Shown: positions 48,499-58,886 of the stretch, one piece after another
Position numbering within the stretch: the first letter of the stretch is position 1
Layout: every line of letters begins with the position of its first letter
Assembly: GCA_018660415.1 (NCBI GenBank)
Contig: JABJKG010000006.1
Location: 142,448 to 206,447, forward strand
Origin: a bacterium
Lineage (GTDB): Bacteria > Babelota > Babeliae > Babelales > UBA12409
Reading direction: 5' to 3'
Length of the DNA: 64,000 bases
Notes under the pieces: model-generated
The model's database searches: none
Seen by the model: only the letters and a program-made list of their open reading frames with translations
Told to the model about the DNA's origin: nothing
Made by a program: the position numbers and the translations under genes

Positions 48499-49929
48499 GT
48501 GAATCAATTAATTTCACTTGGTCAATGGAAGCCTGCCTTAGTTGAGATGTTACAAGAATATCCTGATCTTGAAGATATCATTTCTGCTATTCATCGTGTG
48601 GGCGGTTACGCGTTCTTGGTCGGTGGTGCCGTACGCGATTTGCTGCTAGGTATTGAGACCAAGGATCTTGATATTGAGGTGCATGGGTTAACGGTAGAGC
48701 AGTTGGCGCAGCTTTTGGAACAGTTTGGTCGGGTTAATTATGTTGGGAAGTCGTATGGAGTATTGCGGCTAGAGCATTTGGATATAGATTGGTCTATACC
48801 GCGCAAGGATCGCTCTGGAAGAAAGCCTGAGGTTGAGATTGATCCTAACATGTCTATCGAGGAAGCGTTTCGTAGGCGCGATGTAACAATTAATGCCATG
48901 GGGATAGATTTACATACTTTAAAACTGGTTGATCCTTTTGATGGGATGAAAGATCTTAAGCATGGGATTTTAAGGCCGACAGATAAAAAGTTATTCATGG
49001 AAGATCCGTTACGGTTGTTTCGAGTCATGCAGTTTATTTCTCGGTTTGAGTTTACACCGACCGATGAGCTTGATGTAATCTGTAAGGCGATGGATCTTCA
49101 TGAAGTGTCTCGAGAACGCATTGAGCAAGAGTTTATAAAGATGTTGCTACGATCTGAACATCCGTCATTAGGGATTCGGTGGCTGCATGCGATTGGCAGG
49201 CTTCAAGAAGTATTGCCAGAGTTATATGATACGTTAGGGATTGTACAAAACCCTGAGTGGCATCCTGAAGGTGATGTATTTGAACATACAATGCAGGCAT
49301 TAGATGCTGCCGCACAATTAGAATATGATTCTGCTGAAGATCGGCTGACGGTTATGTTAGCAGTCCTGTGCCATGACTTGGGGAAAGTAAGCACAACTCA
49401 GTATATAGATGGGAAGTGGCGTAGTATTGGACATGCTGAAGCTGGAGTTGTATTGGCGCGTTCATTACTCAAGCGTTTTGTCAGCAAAAAGAAACTGATT
49501 AAAACGATTGAGAAGTTAGTACAGTTTCATATGGAACCGGTGCTGTTTACGGCAACTAAGGCTGGCCCTGGTGCGTATAAGCGGTTAGCTAGTAAGCTTG
49601 CTCCTCATACTCATTTGGCGCAATTGGTTAAGGTATCATTAGCTGATAAACGTGGACGACGGGGTGCTGATAAAAAGATGATGACTAAGTTGTTTGGTTT
49701 AGAGGCAGAGTTTGAAGCGAATGCAAAAAAATATGGTGTCTTTTATCATCCAGAACCGCCAGCATTGTGTGGTGAAGATATTGTTGATATTGTACAGCCG
49801 GGACCTCAGATGGGTGAACTTCTTGAGCGGACATATCAATGGCAAATTGAGCATGGAGTAAGAGATAAAGAGCGCTTAAAAAAATATGTAGCAGAACAAC
49901 TCAAATCAAAAAGATATGTAAAAGAATAA
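48499..49929 (+). CDS. cca: CCA-adding tRNA nucleotidyltransferase with HD domain
   Basis: It has the Pol-beta NTase motif GGAVRDLLLG..KDLDIEV, then RRDVTINAM, then an HD domain (HDLGK). It starts at a GTG. Confidence 0.85.
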   Translation: MNQLISLGQWKPALVEMLQEYPDLEDIISAIHRVGGYAFLVGGAVRDLLLGIETKDLDIEVHGLTVEQLAQLLEQFGRVNYVGKSYGVLRLEHLDIDWSIPRKDRSGRKPEVEIDPNMSIEEAFRRRDVTINAMGIDLHTLKLVDPFDGMKDLKHGILRPTDKKLFMEDPLRLFRVMQFISRFEFTPTDELDVICKAMDLHEVSRERIEQEFIKMLLRSEHPSLGIRWLHAIGRLQEVLPELYDTLGIVQNPEWHPEGDVFEHTMQALDAAAQLEYDSAEDRLTVMLAVLCHDLGKVSTTQYIDGKWRSIGHAEAGVVLARSLLKRFVSKKKLIKTIEKLVQFHMEPVLFTATKAGPGAYKRLASKLAPHTHLAQLVKVSLADKRGRRGADKKMMTKLFGLEAEFEANAKKYGVFYHPEPPALCGEDIVDIVQPGPQMGELLERTYQWQIEHGVRDKERLKKYVAEQLKSKRYVKE

Positions 49930-49978
49930 GATTGTGATAATATAGTGAGCATAATTAATTAACAGGGAGACTAATTGA

Positions 49979-50677
49979 ATGAGTATGTTTAATGGCGTTG
50001 GAATGACTCAGTTGTTGTATCATTCAGATTTAATGACAAAAAGCGTCTTAATAATATTATTTATAACTTCAGTAATTTGTTGGACCGTATTTTTTTATAA
50101 GCTTGTCATGTGGCGAGCAAAAAGAGTACAGATCCGTAAAGCGTTATCACATATAAAAAATGCCGAAAATTTGGAAGATGTATTACATATAACAACTAAG
50201 TTTGCACATACACTTCCAGGATATTTTTTATCAAAGAACTTATCATATCTTAAATCATTATTAGTACATAAAAATGAACTTTCTCCTCAGTTGCAAAACC
50301 GTGAATGGGAAATGTTAGATCATTTGGTGTATCAAACCTTAGATAGTATCTTGCATAAAGAAGAATCTCTGCTTCCGTTCTTAGGAGCGACAGCGGCAAT
50401 TGCACCATTGTTAGGATTGTTTGGTACAGTATGGGGATTGGTTAATGCGTTTATGGATATCAGTCAAAAACAAAGTGCTGATATCACTGCCGTTGCGCCT
50501 GGTATTGCACAAGCGCTTATTACTACGGTAGCTGGGTTATTAGTTGCGATTCCGGCACTCGTTATGTTTTATATTTTAACCTTGCAGTTGCGTTCAATAG
50601 AGCAACGTCTTAATTCATTGGGCGATCGATTTTTATGGTTGGCTACGCGATTGTTTGTGAGTGAGAAAGGGAATTAA
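49979..50677 (+). CDS. tolQ: MotA/TolQ/ExbB-family proton channel
   Basis: It has the three-TM pattern with LGATAAIAPLLGLFGTVWGLVNAF and APGIAQALITTVAGLLVAIPA. It heads a tolQ-tolR-tolA-like-tolB cluster. Confidence 0.85.
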   Translation: MSMFNGVGMTQLLYHSDLMTKSVLIILFITSVICWTVFFYKLVMWRAKRVQIRKALSHIKNAENLEDVLHITTKFAHTLPGYFLSKNLSYLKSLLVHKNELSPQLQNREWEMLDHLVYQTLDSILHKEESLLPFLGATAAIAPLLGLFGTVWGLVNAFMDISQKQSADITAVAPGIAQALITTVAGLLVAIPALVMFYILTLQLRSIEQRLNSLGDRFLWLATRLFVSEKGN

Positions 50678-51102
50678 TGCGTAAAATAAGAAGGAGTAAA
50701 CTACGTAAGAACATTAGTGTTCCTGAAGTTTCTCTTACGCCTTTAATTGACACCGCATTAACGTTGCTGATTATTTTTATGATAACAGCGCCCATGATGC
50801 ATAGTGTGATTAAAGTTGATTTACCTAAAGCCAAAGAACAGGCGCCACAAGATTTTAATAAAGAGTCGCTCATGGTATCCATTGATAAGGCTGGAGTGAT
50901 ATTTATTAATAAAGAAAAAGTTTCTCTTTCTGCATTGATTGATTACTTAAAAAAGAGCCTTGTTCGTGATCCTAAAAATAATATCGTATTTATTCATGGC
51001 GATAAGTCATTACCCTATGAAACTATCATTACAACGTTTGATCAAGTGAGTGCTATAAAAGGGATAGAACATGTGGCATTGGTTACCCAAAAAACTCTCT
51101 AG
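50677..51102 (+). CDS. tolR: TolR/ExbD-family protein
   Basis: The 141-aa protein has EVSLTPLIDTALTLLIIFMITAP. Its start overlaps the tolQ stop. Confidence 0.85.
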   Translation: MRKIRRSKLRKNISVPEVSLTPLIDTALTLLIIFMITAPMMHSVIKVDLPKAKEQAPQDFNKESLMVSIDKAGVIFINKEKVSLSALIDYLKKSLVRDPKNNIVFIHGDKSLPYETIITTFDQVSAIKGIEHVALVTQKTL

Positions 51103-51802
51103 AAAAAGTAAGTTTTTTTATCAGATGATGCTTTTTGTAGCAGTACTGCATACAATCATTTGTGGGGGAGCATTTTATTTTTGTGGTGGTGTCAAAAAGC
51201 TTGGTGATGTGTTTGTGCATTCTCAATTATTACGACACAAGCTCGATTTTATTGTGATGCCGTATGCTCGTCATATTTCTAAGCGTTCGCTTAACAAGGC
51301 AATCAAAAAAAAGGCAGCAACTCAAAGCAAGAGTGTCAAAAAACCAATTAAAAAAGTGGTTAAAAAACCTAAGATAGTTCCTAAGGTCAAGAAGGCACAG
51401 CCGGTTAAGAAGGTAGTTCCTGAAAAGCCCAAGCAAGAGGTAAAAAAGAACATCTCACAGCGTGAAGTTAAGCCTGTTAAAAAAGAAGAAGTGAAGCCTA
51501 AAGCTATAGCAGAAGAGAAGGTAGATGATCCCATCTATATTGGTAAGGATGATATGGCTGCATTACTTATTCATGATGATATAGCGACGGCTTTACAACA
51601 GTACTGGAGTCCGCCTGCTGGTATAACTCCGGATCAGGTTTGTAAGATCTTAGTGGTTTTAAATGAAGTTGGTAAGATTAAAACATTACAGATCGTTCAA
51701 TCTTCGAAAATATTAGCATATGATATGGCTGCACAAATGGCTTTATCGCAAACCGAATTCCCAAAAAAGGCGTGGAACAATGAATTTACACTTAATTTCT
51801 AA
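51071..51802 (+). CDS. TolA-like protein (TM anchor, Lys/Pro/Val-rich spacer, TolA/TonB-C-like domain)
   Basis: It has the anchor MMLFVAVLHTIICGGAFYF, a spacer KKPIKKVVKKPKIVPKVKKAQPVKKVVPEKPK, and a C-terminal domain. An alternative start lies at 51125. The call rests on its position between tolR and tolB. Confidence 0.6.
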   Translation: MWHWLPKKLSRKSKFFYQMMLFVAVLHTIICGGAFYFCGGVKKLGDVFVHSQLLRHKLDFIVMPYARHISKRSLNKAIKKKAATQSKSVKKPIKKVVKKPKIVPKVKKAQPVKKVVPEKPKQEVKKNISQREVKPVKKEEVKPKAIAEEKVDDPIYIGKDDMAALLIHDDIATALQQYWSPPAGITPDQVCKILVVLNEVGKIKTLQIVQSSKILAYDMAAQMALSQTEFPKKAWNNEFTLNF

Positions 51803-53081
51803 ACGATGGTTATTTTTTATATGCTTGGTTTCTCAGCTGGTGCATGGCTTAGAGGTGACCGTTGAGAATAAAAAAAATACTAAGATGCCGTTAGCCCTTG
51901 TTACTATTAAACCGGTAACTAAAGAGCTCAAGAAGGTGTCACGAATAGTTGGACAGGATTTAGAAGCGGCAGGGCAGTTTAAAGTAGATCTATCTCATTC
52001 AAGTCCACTGAAAAATAAGAAAGAAATAACCAAGCTAGCATTGCAATCAAAAGCCTTGGCGATTTATTTATTATCGCCGGATGCTGATACTATTGAGTGG
52101 CGACTTTATAATACTTTTTCTGGGGACATGGTTGCCGGGAAACTTGTTAAGCGAGAAGGGCGATCTATAGATTTCTGGGCACATGTAATTGCAGATCAAA
52201 TTTGGCCACTTCTTACATCCGAGCTTGGATCGTTTGCTAGTGTTATTGTAGCTTGTAAGCGTGGAGCTCAAAAACGAAACCATAAAAAATACTCGCACTT
52301 GTTTGCATTCTGGCCAGTTGCCAATGGCACTACCCCACAGCCGGTAGTGCAGGGCGAGCGTATAAACTTTGCACCACGATGGCATCCAAGTCGCGCGCAG
52401 CTATTTTACTCTCAGCATAGTCCTTTTAATATTTCACTCATGTCAGTGTTACCTGGAGGAAAACCTCGTACCATCATGTCATTTGATGGTCAAAACATGA
52501 CCCCGGCTGTTTCAAAAAAGGGACGGGTAGTTATTTCCTTGTCTAACCGTGCAGACGCCCATTTGTATGAGTACCAATTTGACCCTAAAAGTAAGAGCGG
52601 AAGATTTGTATTATTGACTACCGGTGTTGGACAATATATTTCACCCTCATTTAACGGCGAGGATAATATCGTTTTCTGTTACATTAATAAGATGGGGCGT
52701 CCACGTATTGGGATGCTGAACTTAAAAGACAAGAGTATATCCTGGATATCCAAGGGCCATGGCGTTTCACCATGTGTGAGTGCTGATAACTCCAAATTGG
52801 CTTACTCCACTCGCGTAGATCGTTTACTGCAGTTATATTGTTATGACTTTAAGACTGGAGAACAACGACAGGTAACGTTTGACGATGGGCATAAAGATGA
52901 ATGCTCTTGGTCGCCGTGTGGTAACTACTTAGTTTATTCTTCAGAAAAGGGAGTAAATAGTCGTATTGGATGTTTACATCTTCCTACTAAATCAACGCGT
53001 TTTTTAACTCCTGTTGATGAACACTGGAGCTTTCCTGCCTGGTCACCCGTGTTTGAGCACAATATTCCCTTCATGAGATAA
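51780..53081 (+). CDS. tolB: Tol-Pal system beta-propeller protein TolB
   Basis: I placed the start at MNLHLISKRWLFFICLVSQLVHG (signal peptide). The protein has repeated propeller blades (PRWHPSRAQLFYS, SPCVSADNSKLAYS, CSWSPCGNYLVYSS, PAWSP). Confidence 0.8.
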   Translation: MNLHLISKRWLFFICLVSQLVHGLEVTVENKKNTKMPLALVTIKPVTKELKKVSRIVGQDLEAAGQFKVDLSHSSPLKNKKEITKLALQSKALAIYLLSPDADTIEWRLYNTFSGDMVAGKLVKREGRSIDFWAHVIADQIWPLLTSELGSFASVIVACKRGAQKRNHKKYSHLFAFWPVANGTTPQPVVQGERINFAPRWHPSRAQLFYSQHSPFNISLMSVLPGGKPRTIMSFDGQNMTPAVSKKGRVVISLSNRADAHLYEYQFDPKSKSGRFVLLTTGVGQYISPSFNGEDNIVFCYINKMGRPRIGMLNLKDKSISWISKGHGVSPCVSADNSKLAYSTRVDRLLQLYCYDFKTGEQRQVTFDDGHKDECSWSPCGNYLVYSSEKGVNSRIGCLHLPTKSTRFLTPVDEHWSFPAWSPVFEHNIPFMR

Positions 53082-53252
53082 CCTCAAAAGGCTATTTTTC
53101 GGTCGACAGTTTTTTTCAAAGGGAATATACTATATAGTAGGTTTGTTCTATATAATGGCGGCCTGATAATTAATAATATTGTGAATTGGAGATAGGTTCT
53201 GATATTTTGTTAAAGATAAATAAATTTAGATTAATAATTTTCCTTAATAAGA

Positions 53253-55199
53253 GTGAGTATTTACATGAGTCGAAAATTTAAAAAATCTCGTGATTACATT
53301 CAAAAGGGTCCAAAAAACCTTGTAATTATGGTCATATTCTTAGTTGTATCATTTGCTCTGCTTCGGTATTTTGCTCAGGAAATACAGAAGATTAATACTT
53401 TTTCATATAAGACCTTTATTGAGAAGGTAGAACAAAATGAAGTGAAGGATATTGTAGTTTCTGGACAAGAAGTTACGGGTACTTTAACGAATAATAAAAA
53501 GTTTGAAACCGTATTCCCTGAAGGGGATAAAGATATCTGGGCTTTGATTAAAGATCATAAGATTGATATTACTGCTCGTAATTCTGCGGCAGCTGGTCAA
53601 TTTACATTCTGGCATTTCATTCTCTTGATGATGGCAGTTTTTGGTGGAATCATGGTTTGGCATTTCTTACGTCAGGCACGCGGTGGCTCAGGCGGTGGAG
53701 GCGGCGGTCTTTTTAATATGGGTAAAAGCAAAGCGAAAATGTTTATGCCGTCCATGATTAAAGAAACCTTTGATTCTGTAGCGGGAGCTGGAGAGGCTAA
53801 GGAAGAGCTCAAGGATGTGGTTGATTATCTGAAAAATCCAAGCAAGTTTAGCCGTCTTGGTGCAAAAATGACTAAGGGTGTTTTATTAGTTGGTGAACCC
53901 GGTACCGGTAAGACCTTGTTAGCTCGGGCTGTAGCTGGCGAGGCTAACTGTCCTTTCTTTAGTATCAGTGGCTCTGACTTTATTGAAGTTTTTGTTGGGG
54001 TGGGTGCTGCTCGTGTGCGAGATCTGTTTGAGCAAGCACGAAAAAAATCACCATCAATCATATTTATTGATGAAATTGATGCAGTTGGTCGTCATCGTGG
54101 CAGTGGCCTTGGTGGTGGTCATGATGAACGTGAACAAACATTGAATCAGTTGTTAACTGAAATGGATGGCTTTGAAACAAACAAAGAGCCGGTTATTGTT
54201 ATTGCTGCAACTAACCGACAAGATGTACTTGATAAGGCGTTATTACGTCCAGGTCGTTTTGATCGTATTGTTCATATGCCTTACCCTGATTTAAAGAGTC
54301 GTGAGCAAATTCTTCAAGTACACGCTAAAAAAATCAATATCGATCCAGATGTTGATCTTAAAAAAATTGCACGTGGAACTCCTGGATTTACAGGTGCTGA
54401 TCTTGAAAATCTTATTAATGAAGCTGCGATTAGCGCTTCTAAAAAGAACCGAAAAATGGTCGAAATTGAAGATTTTGAGGAGGCTCGTGATAAGTTAATG
54501 CTCGGTAAAGAACATAAGTCTATTATGCTCACAGAAGAAGATAAGCGGGTTACCGCATATCATGAAGCAGGGCATACCTTAGTGGCTTTATTAACACCAG
54601 GTGATAGTGATCCGTTGCATAAAGTTACTATTATTCCTCGGGGACGAGCTCTAGGGGTTACCCACTCGTTACCAGAGCGTGAAAAATATACTCAATCTAA
54701 AGATGAAATGACGGCATCTATTATGATGGCTCTTGGTGGTCGAATCGCCGAAGAAATTGAGTTTAATAAAATGTATACAGGGGCGTCCAGTGATTTCCAA
54801 GCGGCATCGCGTATTGCTCGGAATATGATCACACAGTATGGTATGTCTCCAGAGCTAGGTCAGGTCATTTATGGTCAAGCACAAGGTGATTTTGTATACT
54901 CGCAAAAGACTGCTGAGTATATAGATAAAGCGGTTAAAGATCTTGTTGATGCCTGCTATAAAGATACTCGTGAGCTTTTAGAAACTAACCGGGACAAGTT
55001 GACCAAGCTGTCTGAAGAGCTGCTTGATAAAGAAACTCTCTATGCTCGTGATATCTATGTTTTATTAGATATAACACCGCGTAAAGATTTTAAATGGACC
55101 GATGATGACTCTGCTGATGAGGATCGTGAGCCTAACACAGGTGACCAGGATCGTGATGAGACTATTGTTTCTGATGATTCTGAAAAGGCTCCAGCGTGA
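53253..55199 (+). CDS. ftsH: ATP-dependent zinc metalloprotease FtsH
   Basis: It has two TM segments and an AAA module ([27 protein letters not shown]), followed by the HEAGH zinc site. An alternative ATG start lies at 53265. Confidence 0.97.
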   Translation: MSIYMSRKFKKSRDYIQKGPKNLVIMVIFLVVSFALLRYFAQEIQKINTFSYKTFIEKVEQNEVKDIVVSGQEVTGTLTNNKKFETVFPEGDKDIWALIKDHKIDITARNSAAAGQFTFWHFILLMMAVFGGIMVWHFLRQARGGSGGGGGGLFNMGKSKAKMFMPSMIKETFDSVAGAGEAKEELKDVVDYLKNPSKFSRLGAKMTKGVLLVGEPGTGKTLLARAVAGEANCPFFSISGSDFIEVFVGVGAARVRDLFEQARKKSPSIIFIDEIDAVGRHRGSGLGGGHDEREQTLNQLLTEMDGFETNKEPVIVIAATNRQDVLDKALLRPGRFDRIVHMPYPDLKSREQILQVHAKKINIDPDVDLKKIARGTPGFTGADLENLINEAAISASKKNRKMVEIEDFEEARDKLMLGKEHKSIMLTEEDKRVTAYHEAGHTLVALLTPGDSDPLHKVTIIPRGRALGVTHSLPEREKYTQSKDEMTASIMMALGGRIAEEIEFNKMYTGASSDFQAASRIARNMITQYGMSPELGQVIYGQAQGDFVYSQKTAEYIDKAVKDLVDACYKDTRELLETNRDKLTKLSEELLDKETLYARDIYVLLDITPRKDFKWTDDDSADEDREPNTGDQDRDETIVSDDSEKAPA

Positions 55200-55996
55200 G
55201 ATTTGCAAACGAGATAGTTCCTTTTGATAGTTTAGAAGCGGTGATTATTGAGGCTGGTAAGATTCTTAAGGGATTTTATGGAAAGTCTCTAGAGCGGGAG
55301 TTTAAATCCGGTGGTAGCTTTGCTACTGAGGCTGATTTGGCTGCAGAATCATATCTTATTGAGCACTTAAAAGCATTACTGCCAGGATCAGGAGTTTGGG
55401 CTGAAGAGTCGGGCAATCAGCTTGATGATGCTAGTCAGGACCTGTACTGGGTGATCGATCCATTGGATGGAACCAATAATTTTGCTCAAAATATCCCATT
55501 TAGTTGTATTTCTGTGGCCCTAGTCAAGCAAAAACAGCTTGCTATTGGTCTTATCTATGATTTTCATAGAGAGGAGATGTTTGTGGCATCTCAGGGCAAT
55601 GGTGCTTATTTAAATGGTAACCCTATCCAGGTTTCTCGCCATCGTGACCTTGATAGAGCCATGATTGCAGCTCCTATGGCCTATAAAGGAGATGTTTCTA
55701 CAGAAGTTCGTCATCTTTTCTGGGATTGTATTCAGCGTGTAGATAAACGGTGTATGTCTATACGGGTGCTTGGCGCTGCGGCGTTGGATATTGCTTATGT
55801 AGCTTGTGGCAGATTTGACGGAATTTTTATCGATAACCTGTACTGGTGGGACGTTGCAGCTGGTGCTTTGTTGATTCAAGAGGCGGGTGGCGTGGTTTCT
55901 ACGTATGAAGGAAACCCTATTGATTCTTCCTTTAAATCACTGGTTGGTGGTTCAGAGCAGTTGCATCATCAATTAAAAGAGCTTTTAGATAAATGA
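55196..55996 (+). CDS. Inositol monophosphatase family protein (SuhB/CysQ-like)
   Basis: It has WAEESG, YWVIDPLDGTNNF and WDVAAGALLIQEAGG. It starts at a GTG that overlaps the ftsH stop. Confidence 0.85.
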   Translation: MRFANEIVPFDSLEAVIIEAGKILKGFYGKSLEREFKSGGSFATEADLAAESYLIEHLKALLPGSGVWAEESGNQLDDASQDLYWVIDPLDGTNNFAQNIPFSCISVALVKQKQLAIGLIYDFHREEMFVASQGNGAYLNGNPIQVSRHRDLDRAMIAAPMAYKGDVSTEVRHLFWDCIQRVDKRCMSIRVLGAAALDIAYVACGRFDGIFIDNLYWWDVAAGALLIQEAGGVVSTYEGNPIDSSFKSLVGGSEQLHHQLKELLDK

Positions 55997-56076
55997 AATT
56001 TGTAAAAAGTGCTCTTTTTTTATACACTTAATAGTAAATAACCTAAAAATAGTAATACATTAAAGGTAGATTGTTC

Positions 56077-56280
56077 ATGTCAAACATATGTAAAGTTTGT
56101 GATAAGAGCCCTAAAACGGCTAATTTGGTGAGTCACGCTAAGAATAGAACCAAACGTTGGCTATATCCAAACGTTCATAAAATGAGATTTAAGTACCCAA
56201 ATTGTCCTAAAGTTCATGCAGGTTCTGTATGTACCAAGTGTGTCAAAAAGGGCAAAGTAGAAAAAGTTTTATCATCATAG
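56077..56280 (+). CDS. rpmB: 50S ribosomal protein L28
   Basis: It reads MSNICKVCDKSPKTANLVSHAKNRTKRWLYPNVHKMRF. Confidence 0.88.
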   Translation: MSNICKVCDKSPKTANLVSHAKNRTKRWLYPNVHKMRFKYPNCPKVHAGSVCTKCVKKGKVEKVLSS

Positions 56281-56291
56281 ATTAGGAAATC

Positions 56292-56567
56292 ATGGCAAAT
56301 ATTAAGTCAGCACAAAAGAGAGTCCGTCAAGCGGATAAGCGCAGAAAAATTAACTTGGCTCGTAAAACCGATTTGAAAACAGCAGTTAAGAAAGTTCTTA
56401 CTGCAATTGAAAGTGGTGCAACTTCTGATAAGCTCAAAGAGCTTATGAAGTCAGCTGAAGTTAAGTTGTCGCGTGCTAAAGGTAAAGGCCTTTTACATGC
56501 AAAGACTGCATCTCGTAAAATTAGCCGCCTTGCAAAAAAGGTTGTTGGCGCTTCAACTAAGAAGTAG
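56292..56567 (+). CDS. rpsT: 30S ribosomal protein S20
   Basis: It reads MANIKSAQKRVRQADKRRKINLARKTDLKTAVKK. Confidence 0.9.
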   Translation: MANIKSAQKRVRQADKRRKINLARKTDLKTAVKKVLTAIESGATSDKLKELMKSAEVKLSRAKGKGLLHAKTASRKISRLAKKVVGASTKK

Positions 56568-56590
56568 TCATAGCTTTTTTATAAAGTTTA

Positions 56591-56622
56591 TAGCAGCACT
56601 TTTAAAGTGCTGCTATTTTTTT
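56591..56622. terminator. Bidirectional terminator after rpsT
   Basis: The hairpin TAGCAGCACT-tttaa-AGTGCTGCTA is followed by T7. It overlaps the last codons of the convergent ORF 56602..57090. Confidence 0.75.
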
Positions 56623-57090
56623 GTGATTTTTTATACTAGATTCACCTTTGGACTTATAATACCAATCTTTAAGGTCATTCCATCCGCCCTTGACGCTATC
56701 TAGTGTATGAGTTCCAAGATCAACGAGTGGTTGACTGCTCAAGGAATATTCTGGTTGAAGAGCGTCCTGCTCTGTCATAAGCTCTTTAACCTCTGGTGAA
56801 AAACCCACTTGAAAATATGCTGCTGCATATAATAGCCCCATTCCATAAGTAGCGGCAATATACATGAGTCTTTTTCCAGTAGAGATTTGTTTCTCAGAAG
56901 TTTCATTCTTTGTATCGAGCATTATTTGCTGTATAGCTTGCTCAGTAGCCAGTGTTTTCTTTTCAGGTGGTAGATCATTGAATTGTTGAAGAGCTTCGGC
57001 GAACTCGTGAGGTTCTTCGGCTATCGACATGAACGGTAATAAAAGAGTAGTTAATGTAAAGATGCTAACTGCAACACTGTTTAATCTCAT
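56602..57090 (-). CDS. Hypothetical signal-peptide membrane protein
   Basis: It has the signal peptide MRLNSVAVSIFTLTTLLLPFMSIA and one later hydrophobic segment, LMYIAATYGMGLLYAAAYF. Confidence 0.45.
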   Translation of the reverse strand: MRLNSVAVSIFTLTTLLLPFMSIAEEPHEFAEALQQFNDLPPEKKTLATEQAIQQIMLDTKNETSEKQISTGKRLMYIAATYGMGLLYAAAYFQVGFSPEVKELMTEQDALQPEYSLSSQPLVDLGTHTLDSVKGGWNDLKDWYYKSKGESSIKNHKKIAAL

Positions 57091-57167
57091 GTTCTTCCTT
57101 CACTAATTTGTCCTATTTTCTTTAATAGTGCACTATTTGGGTGTTATTTGTAAAGGGTTTGAGTGTT

Positions 57168-58877
57168 TTAAGGGGATGTGTTGGAATAGTAGCGGTCGAT
57201 ATGCTTTTTGTATTCGATAAGGAACTGCCTGGTCATGTTGGTAGCTATGCGTACGTACCCAGCATTTTCGAGAAATATGACTATAGTAAAAGGGTTTTGA
57301 TTTTTATAAGCAAAATGCGCCACAAACCAAGTGTGTTCTATATGTTCTCCTCCCAGCTTTCTTTTGTCCAGAGAACTAGTTTGAGCTGTACCGGTTTTGG
57401 CATATATATCAATGTCCTTAACTTTTTTTAACTGTTGGGCTGTACCTTCTTCAGCAACTTCTTTCATGGCTTCCTGGATGAATTTGAGGTGTTCTTGTTT
57501 AACTCCTAAGGGTGTTTTAATAATGGGCTCGTCTTTAAGTATACGTGGGTTAACAAGATATCCTTGAAATATACCAGAGATCATGCGTGCGATTTGGAGT
57601 GGGGTAACAAGCATGAAGGTTTGCCCGATCGTGGCGCATATGGTTTCTCCTGGCCACCAGCGTTCGTTTTTTGTTTGCATTTTCCAGTCAGAGGTGGGAA
57701 TAAAGCCTTCTTGCTCTGGAAGGGCGAATCCAGTTTTCTCTCCGAGCCCGAATCGGTGAGCATAGCTAGCAAGGGTATTCATTGTTAATTTTTTACCAAT
57801 TTCATAAAAGATTATATTGCATGAGTGGGCAATAGACTCTTTGATGTTGACGTTGCCGTGACCATAGCGTCTATTACAGTGGAATTTTCTATTGCCATAC
57901 TTTAAAAAGCCTCTACAGTAGCTGGTTGAATCAGTAGAGATAACTCCTTCTTCTAAGCCGGCAATAATAGTAACCAACTTGAACAGTGATGCTGGGGGGT
58001 AGCAGGCATTGTATGCGCGGTTGATAAAAGGTTTATTTTCTGTGAGCTGTTGCCAAGCTTGAACTTCAATAGGTTTGAGGAAAATACTGGGGTTAAAGGT
58101 TGGGCGAGAAATAAGGGCGCGCAAATCACCAGTTTCTGAGTCCATGAGAATAAAAGATCCGGCATACTTAGATGGAAAGAGCTTTTCGGCAATCTTTTGA
58201 AGGGGGACATCAAGGGTGGTTGTTATTGATTGTCCTGGGACAATCGGTTTTATTTCTCGTTGGGTTATGCTTGAACCAACAGCATCTACTGTTTTTTGAA
58301 CGAGCCCGGTCTTGCCAACAAGCTCGCGTTGAAAGAATCTTTCAAGGCCCATTTTTCCTACCTTGGAGTTAATATCATTATTTCCCAAGTAGCCTACAAT
58401 ATGACAACCAAGCATTTGATGGGGGTAGTAGCGTTCGAATTGAGTTTTAATGGTGAGGTTGGGGCTAAACGCAAAGTGTTCAGCTATTTTGCTTAAGGTG
58501 GCAAAGGGGACGTCCTTAGCTATTAAGATTTGCTTTTTATACCGCTCCATATTTTTAATTGAATTGATGGGTAACTCCATATCAAGCGTTTGAGCGAGAA
58601 AGTACAGATCGTCGGCTTGTTTTTTTGAAAAACGGTTATTGCCAGTTCCTTGCCAATACACATTAGTGATAGGGCGGTTAGTTGCTAAAAGATTGCCATG
58701 TATGTCCGTTATATTTCCACGTGGGACCAATATATTATCAAAGCGAGTAAAATTCTTTTTGCTCAAATATTCTAATGACTCATTACGATAGATTTGGAGA
58801 TAGCAAAGTCGTCCTGTAATGAATAAACAAGAGATTATAAACGTAACAATGATGCAATATTGTTTATATTGATTCAT
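57168..58877 (-). CDS. mrdA: Penicillin-binding protein 2 (class B transpeptidase)
   Basis: It has an N-terminal anchor and the transpeptidase triad SLFK (SxxK), SCN (SxN) and KTGTAQ (KTG). Confidence 0.88.
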   Translation of the reverse strand: MNQYKQYCIIVTFIISCLFITGRLCYLQIYRNESLEYLSKKNFTRFDNILVPRGNITDIHGNLLATNRPITNVYWQGTGNNRFSKKQADDLYFLAQTLDMELPINSIKNMERYKKQILIAKDVPFATLSKIAEHFAFSPNLTIKTQFERYYPHQMLGCHIVGYLGNNDINSKVGKMGLERFFQRELVGKTGLVQKTVDAVGSSITQREIKPIVPGQSITTTLDVPLQKIAEKLFPSKYAGSFILMDSETGDLRALISRPTFNPSIFLKPIEVQAWQQLTENKPFINRAYNACYPPASLFKLVTIIAGLEEGVISTDSTSYCRGFLKYGNRKFHCNRRYGHGNVNIKESIAHSCNIIFYEIGKKLTMNTLASYAHRFGLGEKTGFALPEQEGFIPTSDWKMQTKNERWWPGETICATIGQTFMLVTPLQIARMISGIFQGYLVNPRILKDEPIIKTPLGVKQEHLKFIQEAMKEVAEEGTAQQLKKVKDIDIYAKTGTAQTSSLDKRKLGGEHIEHTWFVAHFAYKNQNPFTIVIFLENAGYVRIATNMTRQFLIEYKKHIDRYYSNTSP

Positions 58878-58886
58878 AGGGAGTTA

